A DNA stretch of 64,000 nt from Bdellovibrionales bacterium (lineage in GTDB: Bacteria; Bdellovibrionota; Bdellovibrionia; Bdellovibrionales; UBA1609), in the NCBI GenBank assembly GCA_041740515.1, contig JBGSLV010000027.1:6144-70143 (forward strand). The letters run 5' to 3'. Numbering within the stretch: the first letter of the stretch is position 1; every line of letters begins with the position of its first letter. Position numbers and translations under genes: made by a program. Positions 25,940 through 36,753 of this stretch are shown piece after piece. A model generated the notes under the pieces. It was not told where the DNA came from. It saw nothing but the letters and a program-made list of their open reading frames with translations, and ran no database searches.

Positions 25940-28900
25940 TTATTGGAGTTTGATGGGTAAGGATTCGGCGAAGTTGCCACTGTTACGTTCGGTGGCTCGA
26001 AACACAATTCTGGGACGTTCAGCAGTGGGTAAGGCTAAAAATTCTGGGGTTAGCGTACCACTCAAAGAACCGTTCAACAGTCCAATGCTAAGTCCTATTT
26101 CGATAATCTGCCCGGTCGAATAAACCGAACCATCTGCATTCACTAATCGTGCGGAATATTCTAAAAGATCCAATTCAGCATCATAAAAAAGATCTCGGGC
26201 TTCAAGTACTACTTGATCTAAACCTGTGATTGGTATCACAAATGGAGTGTGAGCCGTTGAAACTCCACGATCTGGCACCACAACAGAAGCATCCATAGGT
26301 TTCCAACCATCCCAGACAGAACCATTTAGATCTCTACGGTCAAACTGGAATTCAAAAAATACACCACCGCCACCTTCACCAAAACGCATCTCAAAAGCGT
26401 AAACGTTACCTTGGGTCATAAACATATACCCTTTGGTGTAATTATTGTTGTAATTGTTAGCATTTGGTATCCCATTTAAATCATAAAAAATATTGGTGTC
26501 ATAGGGAATAGCACGGTAGTTAGTTAAAGACGTACCAGTTCCTGAACCTGCAAATTCACTATTTCTAGCCGCCGTACTTCCTAAATCTTCTGTTGGAAAA
26601 TCAATTAGACTGCGCAAAATAGTTTCAACTCGTGCATCCTGCCAATTAGCTAAAAAGATACGAGTGGTATCTTCAGCATATTCTGTCGGTGCAATTCGAA
26701 GTAATACGGTATTATCAACAACACGAGTTCTGAATTTGTAGACCCCAGTCACCGCAGGGACAAAATATCCTGAATAAACTTCGCCATAAGATCTTGCCGA
26801 GTTTAAGCAAGGTATGATTTTCCCAATATTATTAGCATTGTTAAACAAACTATTGCCACAGAAAGTAGAGGAAGCCGTTGGATATTTATTATCCTCATGG
26901 ACTGGAATAGAGCACCACCCATTTTCTGTTTCTCCAGAATAAACATCACCATTGGCGTTATGAATAGCTTGTTCAGGGTTAGATATAGTGTCCAAAATAT
27001 CATAATAATTGCTAGTTGAAGAAAATGGATTTTCAAGAAAGTTATCGATCTCAATATGGCCCACTATATTATCATCTCCACTGGCTAGTGGTAAACATAA
27101 AGCTGGAACGGTTGTGCCTATACCACCCCAGCGGCGCATAGATAGTCCGCCACGTTTAGTATCGTCTAATTTTAAGAGCGAAATAGGAGGAGCATTGGCT
27201 ACAGATCCCCCACCACTTCCAATCACTTGAATTGTGGTAAAGGCCTCAAAACCTGAACTGTCCACTGCTAAAATTCCAAGGACATCATTCACGCTTGAAC
27301 TTGGCAGCAATTGCAACTGGGTGCCACCAGTTAAATTATTAGGAATATTGGCCCAACCTGGAGCAGGTCCTTCACCAAAAGCGTCGGTCACATAAAAAGT
27401 TAATGTGTCCCCGTCCCCATTGATCTGTTTATCATTCCCATCCAGAGCGATATCTTCATCTCTGAAATGGTCTAGTAAATCGATATTTGTCGTTCGAGCT
27501 TCAGTCCCGTAAACTTCAATTTTACTCAATCTAAGATCCGTTTCATTTTGGCGATTTTTAGCACCAAAGGGTCGAAGTAGTCTTAAACTGCCGCCAATGT
27601 AATTTCGATCCGTATAAATAGTGAAGTACGAAGCACTTAATACATCACATTCAGCTTGGGCATTGGTTGGCTTTGGTCGATTTGAATTTCCAGTTGTGCC
27701 CACGGGGAATACTTCACGAGTGATAGGTATTGGATTTAATCCTCCCGTTTGAATTTGATAGATAGCATTTTCAAGGGATGAACTTCCGGTTCGATAAATT
27801 CGAACACAACTGACCTCATATAATTTGTCGTCAGGAAATGCGATGGCCACTTCATGGTAACCGCTTGCATTCGAGGCCGTGATTAAATTCGCACTGCCCG
27901 CACCTATCAGCGAAGCTACTGATCCAGAAACAATACCAGATACCGTGACATCAGCTTCCTGTAGGGGAATTAAACCAAACTGAATCCCCTCGGTGCTCGG
28001 GGTTACAGACATTCCTCCATTGATAGGGTTTTCTATAGTTAAGTACCTGGGAGCTGTATTGGTCGGGGTAATAAGAATATTCACTAAGGCCGAACTGGTT
28101 TCAGGGTTACCATATGTTGTAGCACTTCCAGCCACAGTGTTGGTTCCCGTCACTGTGTATTCAAAGGTCAGCTGAAAATTAGGTCCATTAATAATTAAAT
28201 CTAAATCCGACCTGTTGATTGTGTAAGTGAAAGTCCCATTCGTATTGGGGCTTAAGGTTCCAAATGCCGTCGCAGGCAAATCCGGGGCTGGCAAAGAATT
28301 AGGTCCCGCTGTTACAGCGTAGGTATGTACTTCGGAGCCATCAACACCACTTACAAAGAGCGATGAATTACCAGTAACTATGATATCTCCGTTAGCCAAA
28401 GCCGAGGCTTCCGAAACTTCAATGGTAAATGGGTTAGCGACCGGAGGTGTATCTGGCAGATCTAAAATACTGACAATGAAAGTTCGCTCATAATTTAAAA
28501 CCGTAGCATCAGCGGTGGTGACAGTAAGTGAAACAACTAATTGATGGTTGGTTAATTGCTCCGTATTTAGGAGTAAGCTATCGGCTACAACAATTTGTCC
28601 ATTACTAGAATCAATTGTAAAACTTCCGACAGGGTTACTGACTAAAGAGTACGAGACCACATCTGTTGGTGCTAAATTTCGATTAACCAATGTGACAGTA
28701 CCAAGTGGAGTTCCATTCACTGAGTTTTCTGGAATTCTGGCATTTGAGAGTCTTAAAAAGGGAGCTTCAATCTGTCCACTTGATAAAAATCTCGGGGTGT
28801 AATCGATAATAATTCCATCTCGAAAGCCTGGAATATAATCTGAACCAATAAATGCAATTGATCCAAAGTCCCCAATATTGGCTTCATAGACCCAGCCTGG

Positions 28901-30028
28901 AACACCAGGCCCTGTAGATGCGGGAACTTCTAAAACAGTTCCATTGGATCGAAGTAACTGCACAGAAATAGTGCTAACAATAGGCTCTTTTTTAAGAGCA
29001 TAGGTGGTGGCGTTGGTTAAGATATCGGCTCGAATTTGATTTAAGTTTTGAATATAAGCTTCGCGGTTGGCATTGATATCAAAAGTATTGCCGGGACCAG
29101 CTGCTTCACGAGCAATATTTATTCCGTCTAAAGTCAAATCAACGAAAGAGTAAATCCCAAACTTATTGGGATCACCAGCTTTAATTTCTTCTCGGATATA
29201 GTCTATATACTGCTGGGCTGTATGATTTCCAGGGATTGCAACTCCTGGTTGATTGGGAGCAAAAGTCAGCGATGGGGTCAAATTATTTCTGGAACCATCT
29301 AGTTCATCCGAAATAATTATAACCGCCAAATAAGCTCCGGGCCGAGCAAAGCGCGGGGATGCCGACTTATCAAGTTCTAAAAATGTTTCAACACTTTGAA
29401 GGGGGCGCTCATCCCCAATGTATAAAGCAAGGTCTGTACGATCTGTCTGTGTGTTATTTTCAAACAGGTTGCCAGGTACCGCGGCATAGTCAGTGATATA
29501 ATCTATACCACACCCTGAAGTGTCTGCAGCAATACCGTAAACATCAAAGTTTCTTTTAAATTTATTTATGAACGTTCCAATATCAGAAGCTGTCCCCGGT
29601 GATAAGATCGAAGGCTGCTCAACGGCCGGTGGAAATGCCGTGCAGTCGCCACGATGAAGTCGAGCAAATAAAGCCCGTTCTGTTCCTCCGGCAGCACCTC
29701 CGTCTAAATAAGATAACCCATCTCTCTGATAAACTAAGTGCGACCAGGCTGCAGTTGAAATGACTCCCATCTGATAATCGTAGCCTTTGGTAATAAACTC
29801 GCCGATGAACTCTTGGATATTATTTTGAACTGTTTCGATCTCTGACTTCATACTTCGGGAGGGATCGACCACCCAAAGAATATCAATTTTAGGATTAAAA
29901 TCCAATGCCGAATCATCAAAAGCATCTGTGGTTTGGATGGTAGATATGGATCCTCCACCTCCACCGCACGAGATATTTAGAATAAATGCACTTGCCAGAA
30001 ATATCGTTTTTGCAATGCTTTTGGTCAT
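25940..30028 (-). CDS. giant surface lipoprotein: VWA-like N-domain, cadherin/Ig-like repeats, PA14-like domain
   Basis: Lipobox LNISCGGGGG. DILWVVDPSRSM (DxSxS MIDAS-like). Repeated ...FTIDSSNGQIVV... and ...TFTYTI... beta-repeat segments. GEVYSGYFVPAVTGVYKFRTRVVDNTVLLRI is PA14-like. Confidence 0.7.
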   Translation of the reverse strand: MTKSIAKTIFLASAFILNISCGGGGGSISTIQTTDAFDDSALDFNPKIDILWVVDPSRSMKSEIETVQNNIQEFIGEFITKGYDYQMGVISTAAWSHLVYQRDGLSYLDGGAAGGTERALFARLHRGDCTAFPPAVEQPSILSPGTASDIGTFINKFKRNFDVYGIAADTSGCGIDYITDYAAVPGNLFENNTQTDRTDLALYIGDERPLQSVETFLELDKSASPRFARPGAYLAVIIISDELDGSRNNLTPSLTFAPNQPGVAIPGNHTAQQYIDYIREEIKAGDPNKFGIYSFVDLTLDGINIAREAAGPGNTFDINANREAYIQNLNQIRADILTNATTYALKKEPIVSTISVQLLRSNGTVLEVPASTGPGVPGWVYEANIGDFGSIAFIGSDYIPGFRDGIIIDYTPRFLSSGQIEAPFLRLSNARIPENSVNGTPLGTVTLVNRNLAPTDVVSYSLVSNPVGSFTIDSSNGQIVVADSLLLNTEQLTNHQLVVSLTVTTADATVLNYERTFIVSILDLPDTPPVANPFTIEVSEASALANGDIIVTGNSSLFVSGVDGSEVHTYAVTAGPNSLPAPDLPATAFGTLSPNTNGTFTYTINRSDLDLIINGPNFQLTFEYTVTGTNTVAGSATTYGNPETSSALVNILITPTNTAPRYLTIENPINGGMSVTPSTEGIQFGLIPLQEADVTVSGIVSGSVASLIGAGSANLITASNASGYHEVAIAFPDDKLYEVSCVRIYRTGSSSLENAIYQIQTGGLNPIPITREVFPVGTTGNSNRPKPTNAQAECDVLSASYFTIYTDRNYIGGSLRLLRPFGAKNRQNETDLRLSKIEVYGTEARTTNIDLLDHFRDEDIALDGNDKQINGDGDTLTFYVTDAFGEGPAPGWANIPNNLTGGTQLQLLPSSSVNDVLGILAVDSSGFEAFTTIQVIGSGGGSVANAPPISLLKLDDTKRGGLSMRRWGGIGTTVPALCLPLASGDDNIVGHIEIDNFLENPFSSTSNYYDILDTISNPEQAIHNANGDVYSGETENGWCSIPVHEDNKYPTASSTFCGNSLFNNANNIGKIIPCLNSARSYGEVYSGYFVPAVTGVYKFRTRVVDNTVLLRIAPTEYAEDTTRIFLANWQDARVETILRSLIDFPTEDLGSTAARNSEFAGSGTGTSLTNYRAIPYDTNIFYDLNGIPNANNYNNNYTKGYMFMTQGNVYAFEMRFGEGGGGVFFEFQFDRRDLNGSVWDGWKPMDASVVVPDRGVSTAHTPFVIPITGLDQVVLEARDLFYDAELDLLEYSARLVNADGSVYSTGQIIEIGLSIGLLNGSLSGTLTPEFLALPTAERPRIVFRATERNSGNFAESLPIKLQ

Positions 30029-30299
30029 GGTTTCAGCCCCTTATCATCACCTTCCATTTAAACTTAATTTCTTAGCAGGCTCAAAGCGACAAAAGTCTGG
30101 AGTTTCGGCTGATTTTAATTTATTTAAAGTTAAACTATGATTTCTTAAGAAATATTTTTAAAAATTAATTTTTTAAAACCCCAACGACATTCCCCTTTAA
30201 ACTTTTTCTTCATCACAAACATAAATAGGACTTTCCAATCTTGAATAATCACCATGGCTATTAATAGTAATATTTTTGATTTCAAGGCAAAATCTATTC

Positions 30300-31355
30300 T
30301 TAATAATTTTGATTTGACGGTAAATATTTTTCAAAAAAGTTTTTTAAACTCAAAGGCAAGTCCTTTTCATCAAAGTTTTGCGGAGGTAAACTTAAAAACG
30401 TAATATGAAGTTCTTGATCTTCAGCCCAATAGATATCCTTAAGCTGTGATTCTTTATAGGAGTACAATCCAGCTTGAATCATAACTAACTCAAGCAGCTG
30501 TTGAAGAATTAAATTTGGAAGCTTTACACTTTCAAATAGTCTTCGATCTAATTGGTATCTTCTATTAGCTTTTGACTCTGGCATTCGTATAACTTCATTA
30601 GGAAAAAGCTGAACTTTAAAGTAACTCTCCTTATCCTGCTTTTTTTCTTCATAGTGATATACAACACCTATAACTTTATTTTGAAACAAAACAGGTCCAC
30701 CAGACATTCCTGCAACTTCTGCATGTGTTAAATTAAAAATCTGATCCTGAGTTAAATGAGTACTGCTTGAATTGCACTGCAAATGAATAGTACCCATTTG
30801 ATTTTCAAACCAAAAATTGGAAAATTTTATTGGTATTTGTTGGTATCTACGACAACTTAAATATAGTGTATCTTTAAAACGATGTCTTGATGGAAAACCT
30901 GCAATCACATAATCATTATTTGTGTCTAAATTTAAACTAAGTTTTGGATTTTTAGTGATAACATTTGAATGATTTTTAGTGAGTGGCAAGGAAACAATAT
31001 CAAAAGGCCCCATTTCATTAACAAAGTAATTCTTTTGGACCCCCAATAAATCTAAAATAATAAATCCTTCATCTGAAAGAATACGCATGTCCAATCTATG
31101 ATTACAATGTGCGGCCGTTATAACTTCGTAAGTACCTTCATCATAGAATCCAGTGCAGTGACCAAGATGACCTGGTGGTTTATTATCAATATCACCTAAT
31201 CTAAAAACATGAACCTATTTTTTAGCGAGAGCATCGTAGGTTGTGGCTTGGTTTCTCACATGAGCGCTAAAAATCTCAACATCTTGAGATTTAGCCCTTG
31301 AAGCTAAGACAATTATGGTTACAAAAAAACTAATTACTTTAGATACAAAACTCAT
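30300..31355 (-). pseudogene. trypsin-like (S1) serine protease interrupted by one in-frame TAG (31215..31217)
   Basis: ATG at 31355 gives signal peptide MSFVSKVISFFVTIIVLASRAKSQ...AKK, then TAG at codon 47. The same frame continues VHVFRLGD...YEVITAAHC (His motif) into listed ORF 30300..31094, which contains GMSGGPV (Ser motif). Confidence 0.7.
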
Positions 31356-31669
31356 CCTTTAAAAGCTTTGCAAGAAACAAACCTAATGGCTTTTTCATAA
31401 TCAAGGCAACTCAAATACCATCCATATAGACTTAACAATGAGTTAATTAATAGATAAATTTATGTTGAATTTTACTTATGTGCTAGGAAAGATCTATTTA
31501 GTTCATAACAGTTTGCTTATAATAAATCTAAGTTTAAAGTTATAAATCTAAGTTGATTTTATGGCCCCAAAAACAAGTTTCAATGTGACTAATTTTGTCA
31601 CATTTTTAGGGTAATTTTGACAATCTTCTATATTTAAACAATATAAAGGCTTTTGTTTGGGTATGAAAC

Positions 31670-32332
31670 TTGATAGATCAGGTTATGCAAAGATTTATTA
31701 AGATTCTGTTATTTTTTATAATTTTAGCCAAAGCCTCAGACGGTTTGGCCAAGACCTGTCAATTTTATTTAAGCTTTAAAGTTCTAAATGACTCGACAGA
31801 AGTTCAACTCAGTGGTGATTTTATCGACTATATCGAGCACCCATCAGACTTAAGTTCTGCGGCTTTATTAATGGCTGATAAAAAAGTGATAGTTCAGGCG
31901 ACAAATTCTCTTCGTGCTGACAGATACTTTATAAGTCGCTTACAGCTGGAAGACGTCAAGCTACTGCAACAGGTTTTTACAAGATACAACAATAATATCA
32001 TGGGTCAAAATCTAATGACCTCAGAATCATTGGAACTCATAAATTCTTCAAACTATAGCGACTTAACTTTTTTGAATGATGCTGAGATTTTAACTTTTGC
32101 GGTGATTGAATTTAATATAATGGATGATCCACTTAGAGCTAAAAAGGCTTTATTAAGAATTAAAGGCATAAGAGATGTAAGTCGTGGCATAAGCCCAGCA
32201 ACGCAGTACCGTTTTGAACGGATATTAAGACATCTGATAGACTTTCATTCTGTGGCTGGCAATTTCGAAGCTGTTGATAGAATTATTAATCTACTTAATA
32301 GTAGCAATCCCAGATCGAATTTAAACGAATAG
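31670..32332 (+). CDS. hypothetical secreted protein
   Basis: 220-aa ORF with an N-terminal hydrophobic leader. No recognised domain. Confidence 0.4.
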   Translation: MIDQVMQRFIKILLFFIILAKASDGLAKTCQFYLSFKVLNDSTEVQLSGDFIDYIEHPSDLSSAALLMADKKVIVQATNSLRADRYFISRLQLEDVKLLQQVFTRYNNNIMGQNLMTSESLELINSSNYSDLTFLNDAEILTFAVIEFNIMDDPLRAKKALLRIKGIRDVSRGISPATQYRFERILRHLIDFHSVAGNFEAVDRIINLLNSSNPRSNLNE

Positions 32333-32386
32333 TTTAAGTCCTATACCGACCCAATTATCTGAGATTAAGTTTTATTATTAACTGAG

Positions 32387-33796
32387 CTAAAGGCTAGTAA
32401 CGCAGTGTGATCCGACTGCGGAACCTGGCACCTGAGCCTGGCACCTGAGGTGGTCGATTTGGGGGACAGTTAAGGTCATTGGGTTAAAGATTAGATTGAT
32501 ACTACTTTGTGGATCTTTGGACCAAGACTCAAGAAGTTTGGTATAAGCCCCTTCGCCATAACTTTTAAGTTCATCAAAATTTCTAATAAATTTTAAAACA
32601 CTGGGTTTATGATCTAAAACAATTTTGTTTTCAAAAGTTTTAAATTCGGCATTTTTAGACCAATTGTAACTGCCAGTGAGCACAAGTTTATCATCGACAA
32701 TCACATACTTATGGTGCATTTGCGGGGCATTGATAAAATCCCACGAGATCATATAGTATTTAAAATAGACATGAACACCTTCCTGATGAAGCCAACGCCC
32801 AAAATGAAACCCCGTTTGAACACAGTCTTCTAAATCTATACCTTTTTGCAAGCACTGCTCTTTCTCTAGGTCTTCGATCGCTTGATAGTCTGGACTTAAA
32901 TACTCTTGGCCATCTAAAATTAACTCAACTTTTACCCCTCTTTGCGAGGCTTGCCTTAGAGCGTTGGCTAAAGTGTACGAGCGTAAATGCCCGGTGGCCA
33001 CTTTGATACTTTTTTGTGCGGAGCTCAAATATTTAAGAATATTTTGCTCGACCCAACCCAAGTTTAAATGCTTTTTTAAACGGAAAATATATCTATCATT
33101 TCTAACTGCGGGTTCAAAGTTAACACTTGTAAACAATGCTAGATCTTGGTTTAACGCCGCTTTAGCAACACGAAGTGTGTCTTCACTTAAACTAGGTTTT
33201 GAAAAGCTATCGCTAGAAATTTCGTCTGTGATTAATAACGGATTGCTATACTTATATAAAAATTCAAATTCATTTTGGAATGAAGCTACTAGTTCTGGGC
33301 ACGATCTAGAGCACACCAATAGATTTTCGTCGTATGAAGCCGCTAGTGGTGTATCATTAAAATTGCCGCTCGTATTTAGAAGAACTTTCTTATCAATAAG
33401 CATAAACTTATGGTGATTGGTGACATTCACAAATCGTATGTTGGACGTATCGAGTCCTTGGGCCTTAAGAGCCTTTTCCAGCGGGGAAAGATAAGGGCTT
33501 AAGGCCTCAAGGGATACCTTACGAACTAAAAGTCGAAGCTCAAAGTCAGGATTGGTTTTTAATTTTTCTACCAGCGCTTGAACTATGGCTTCGGACCTAA
33601 ATGTATAAATGGCGATATCTATCTGTTGGCGCGCCCGTTGAATCTGCTCGACCACAATTTGATCCAAATTAGTTTTAGGAGCAAAGTAAATTTGATACGC
33701 ATAACTATTTGGAGAGGCTAAAAAAGACCCTAGCAAGATCAGGGCTAAAAGTTGCAAGTTAAAACTTATGTTTTTAGAACTTCGCAGTAGTTTCAT
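32387..33796 (-). CDS. secreted phospholipase D-superfamily protein with two HKD motifs
   Basis: Signal peptide. [20 protein letters not shown] and [20 protein letters not shown] (HxK(x)4D(x)6GS/GxN). The start overlaps the purT stop. Confidence 0.8.
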   Translation of the reverse strand: MKLLRSSKNISFNLQLLALILLGSFLASPNSYAYQIYFAPKTNLDQIVVEQIQRARQQIDIAIYTFRSEAIVQALVEKLKTNPDFELRLLVRKVSLEALSPYLSPLEKALKAQGLDTSNIRFVNVTNHHKFMLIDKKVLLNTSGNFNDTPLAASYDENLLVCSRSCPELVASFQNEFEFLYKYSNPLLITDEISSDSFSKPSLSEDTLRVAKAALNQDLALFTSVNFEPAVRNDRYIFRLKKHLNLGWVEQNILKYLSSAQKSIKVATGHLRSYTLANALRQASQRGVKVELILDGQEYLSPDYQAIEDLEKEQCLQKGIDLEDCVQTGFHFGRWLHQEGVHVYFKYYMISWDFINAPQMHHKYVIVDDKLVLTGSYNWSKNAEFKTFENKIVLDHKPSVLKFIRNFDELKSYGEGAYTKLLESWSKDPQSSINLIFNPMTLTVPQIDHLRCQAQVPGSAVGSHCVTSL

Positions 33797-35010
33797 GGCT
33801 TCTTCCCAGTATTAGGATTTACAACCTGAGGTTTAGCTCGGTTTTGCCGCAGACTTATCGACTTCGCACTTTCTTGGGCTTTAAAACGAGCCGCTTTCAA
33901 AGATTTACCTCGGGCTAAGGCCACACCCATACGGCGATAAGGCCGAGCTTCCGCTTTACCAAAAAGTCGAACATCGGTCTGTTTTTTAGCTAATGCTTTT
34001 TGCAATCCTATATAACTAAAATCTACTGATTGTGTTTTGGCTAAAATGACAGCTGATGCCGAAGGCCCATAACTTTCAATCTCCCCTATGGGCAGACCCA
34101 AAATAGCCCGAGCATGAAGATCAAATTCCGAAAGATTCTGACTGATTAAAGTCACCATTCCTGTGTCATGGGGGCGCGGTGACAATTCAGAAAAATACAC
34201 TTCATCTTTGGTTAAGAAGAATTCGACACCAAATAATCCAGCACCACCTAAATCATCTGTGATCTGTTCGGCCATCATTTTAGCTTTTGCTAATTGTTTT
34301 TTGGATATTTCGGCAGGCATCCAGCTTTCTTGGTAGTCCCCTCTTTCTTGGCGATGGCCGATGGGGTCCACAAAAAGAGTTGGACCTTGTTTCTGTTTTA
34401 CGGTTAAAAGTGTAATTTCACTTTCGAAATTTATAAACTCTTCAATGATTACTTTAGCGGTTTTACCTCGCATCCCTTGAAGGGCATAATCCCAAGCTTT
34501 TATTATATCCTTAGGTGATGTCATGACCGATTGACCTTTACCAGATGATGACATGACAGGCTTAACAACGCTTGGAAAGCCGATCGCAAGACTTGCTTTT
34601 TTTAAGTCTTCCATGTTTTCGGCATAAGCGTATTTAGCCGTTTTAAGTTTCAATTTTTTCGAAGCCAGGTCGCGAATCGCATCTCGGTTCATAGTCAGAT
34701 GGGCGGCTCGAGCGGTAGGAACAACCTGCACCCCGCGGACTTCAAAATGAATTAACTCTTCGGTGCAAATCGCTTCGATCTCAGGAACTATAATATCAGG
34801 TTTATATTTTAAAACCACTCTTCGCAAAGCCTCTTGGTCTAGCATGTCAACAACTTCTGAAGCATGGGCCACTTGCATAGCCGGGGCTCCATCGTACTTA
34901 TCAATGGCAATGGTATAAACACCTAACCGCTGACACGAAATCACAAATTCCTTACCTAATTCACCGGCACCTAAAAGCATTATTTTTTTTTGAGACATAG
35001 TGAGTTGCAA
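33793..35010 (-). CDS. purT: formate-dependent phosphoribosylglycinamide formyltransferase (GAR transformylase 2)
   Basis: [11 protein letters not shown]...[15 protein letters not shown]...IVPEIEAI...[12 protein letters not shown]...EITLLTV...[13 protein letters not shown]...[32 protein letters not shown] matches PurT throughout. The likely true start is MSQKK (34998). Confidence 0.92.
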   Translation of the reverse strand: MQLTMSQKKIMLLGAGELGKEFVISCQRLGVYTIAIDKYDGAPAMQVAHASEVVDMLDQEALRRVVLKYKPDIIVPEIEAICTEELIHFEVRGVQVVPTARAAHLTMNRDAIRDLASKKLKLKTAKYAYAENMEDLKKASLAIGFPSVVKPVMSSSGKGQSVMTSPKDIIKAWDYALQGMRGKTAKVIIEEFINFESEITLLTVKQKQGPTLFVDPIGHRQERGDYQESWMPAEISKKQLAKAKMMAEQITDDLGGAGLFGVEFFLTKDEVYFSELSPRPHDTGMVTLISQNLSEFDLHARAILGLPIGEIESYGPSASAVILAKTQSVDFSYIGLQKALAKKQTDVRLFGKAEARPYRRMGVALARGKSLKAARFKAQESAKSISLRQNRAKPQVVNPNTGKKP

Positions 35011-35086
35011 TTATCATAGATATTGATCTTCAACAATAACTAGCCAGATACTATATTTTAAATATTAACCAAAAAAGGAAACAGTT

Positions 35087-35401
35087 ATGCTACTAAGTAA
35101 CATCGAGACTATTCCAGGAAAAAACATTGAAGCCTATTTTGGGGTTGTCCAAGGTAGTAGTGTCCGAGCTAAACATGTCGGCCGAGATATTATGGCCGGA
35201 TTAAAAAATATTTTTGGCGGCGAATTAAAAGGTTACACTGAACTTTTAAATGAATCCCGCGAAGAGGCCGTTCAACGAATGATCCAAATGGCCCAGGCCA
35301 AAGGCGCCAACGCCATTGTTAACATCAGATTTTCAACCTCTGCCATAGCCGTTGGAGCCGCTGAAATTTTTGCCTACGGTACAGCCGTCAAAGTCATTTA
35401 A
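35087..35401 (+). CDS. ybjQ: YbjQ/UPF0145 family protein
   Basis: 104 aa. ...GKNIEAYFGVVQGSSVRAKHVGRDIMAGLKNIFGGELKGYTELL..REEA..RM...A...GANAIVNIRF... is the canonical YbjQ pattern. Confidence 0.8.
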   Translation: MLLSNIETIPGKNIEAYFGVVQGSSVRAKHVGRDIMAGLKNIFGGELKGYTELLNESREEAVQRMIQMAQAKGANAIVNIRFSTSAIAVGAAEIFAYGTAVKVI

Positions 35402-35464
35402 AGTTACATTCTTTGTTTAGAAAACTTTGTTTTAAAAAATACTAATTTAGATAACGAAGGATTT

Positions 35465-35923
35465 ATGGAATACATAGTTTATATTTTGGTAGCACTACCT
35501 GTGGTTCTGGGCTTTTTTATAGGTCGCTATATCGAAAAAAATCATTTAAAAAATATTTTTTTAAGAGAATCGGCCCTTAAAAATTTACCTTGGCGAAATA
35601 CCGGTAAAAAGGAGTCTTTTCCAGACTCTTACGGGGTGTTAGTTTCAGGTTCTGTAGTGATTGCTCAAGATGCCTTTAAAGCTTTTCTGGCCAATATATC
35701 TTTCATTTTTGGTGGTCGGGTCACACCCTACGAGTCTTTAATGGAACGAGCACGCCGTGAAGCCCTTCTTCGTATGCGCGAAAATGCACGAAGCCTTGGT
35801 GCCCATGAGATCGTTCATGTAAGGATGGAAACAGCCTCAATAGGTATGTCCAAAGCCAACTCTGCATCTGGTTCTGTCGAAGTGTTTTGCTACGGTACAG
35901 CCATTAAATTTCAAAACCTTTAA
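35465..35923 (+). CDS. membrane-anchored YbjQ-like protein
   Basis: N-terminal TM helix, then FIFGGRVTPYESLMERARREALLRMRENARSLGAHEIVHVRME, which parallels the YbjQ fold. Confidence 0.6.
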   Translation: MEYIVYILVALPVVLGFFIGRYIEKNHLKNIFLRESALKNLPWRNTGKKESFPDSYGVLVSGSVVIAQDAFKAFLANISFIFGGRVTPYESLMERARREALLRMRENARSLGAHEIVHVRMETASIGMSKANSASGSVEVFCYGTAIKFQNL

Positions 35924-35931
35924 AGACCCTT

Positions 35932-36747
35932 ATGTCGAAACCAAACGAACCTTTCAAGCCTGTTTTTAAAAGCACTGAGCCAGACTCTTTTGATATCAAT
36001 ATTGCAGATAAATCTGGTTTAAGAACACTTATGCTATCCTTGCTTGGAATTTTTGGACTGATTTTGACCATTTACATCTTAACCCGTTTAATTCTTAATT
36101 TCTCACCTTACTTTGTATCCGTCTCGCTTGAAAATAAAATTTTTAAATCCACCCACACCTATGTTTTCCCTGAAGCCAACTACTCGAAGTCCTTAACTGA
36201 ATTTGCAAAAAAACTCGACCCTGAAAATACGGCTGTGGAAGTTTTTGTGCTTCCCATGAAAGACTTAAACGCTTTTTGCTTTTTAGGAAATAAACTTTTT
36301 GTCAGTTCTGAACTGTTAAAAACAGCTACAACTGAAAACGAACTGGCCTTTGTTTTAGCTCACGAGCTTGGTCATGCGAAATTACGACATAATTTAAAAA
36401 ATTTAAGCATCAATTTAGTTATAGGTCTTTTTTTTAGTTTTGTTGATTTTTTACAACCAGCTTCCCAATTTTTGTCTACCGGCTATAGCCGTTCCATGGA
36501 ATCCGATGCCGATGATTTTGCGTTAAAAACTTTGCAAACCATTTATGGTCACACCTTGGGCGCTGAACTTTTTTTTAAACGAGTACAAAAACTTCGTCCC
36601 GAGTTCAGCAAAAAATTTGAAGCTTTTTCGGGAAACTACTTATCAACTCACCCAAATACCGAACAAAGATTAGCAAAAATTTTGAAGACACAAGATAATT
36701 CCAAAACATTTAAAGTTATTAAAAGAGAAGATTCTAAGTATTTGTAA
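35932..36747 (+). CDS. M48-family zinc metallopeptidase, membrane-associated
   Basis: HELGH zinc motif (LAHELGHAKLRH), TM segments, downstream ESDAD acidic motif. Confidence 0.7.
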   Translation: MSKPNEPFKPVFKSTEPDSFDINIADKSGLRTLMLSLLGIFGLILTIYILTRLILNFSPYFVSVSLENKIFKSTHTYVFPEANYSKSLTEFAKKLDPENTAVEVFVLPMKDLNAFCFLGNKLFVSSELLKTATTENELAFVLAHELGHAKLRHNLKNLSINLVIGLFFSFVDFLQPASQFLSTGYSRSMESDADDFALKTLQTIYGHTLGAELFFKRVQKLRPEFSKKFEAFSGNYLSTHPNTEQRLAKILKTQDNSKTFKVIKREDSKYL

Positions 36748-36753
36748 AGGGCT

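Noticed and set aside
26803-28802. Several 60-84-aa ORFs on both strands within the giant lipoprotein gene
   Set aside because: All are nested in the 1362-aa ORF, with no start-site context or motifs. The same reasoning applies to small nested ORFs at 9712, 10255, 11601, 13959, 14636, 17472, 17874, 19972, 24316, 24555, 24817, 25144, 25935, 29928, 32964, 36890, 39153, 40335, 42515, 45269, 48487, 51682, 51731, 53510, 53971, 56429, 57810 and 60785.
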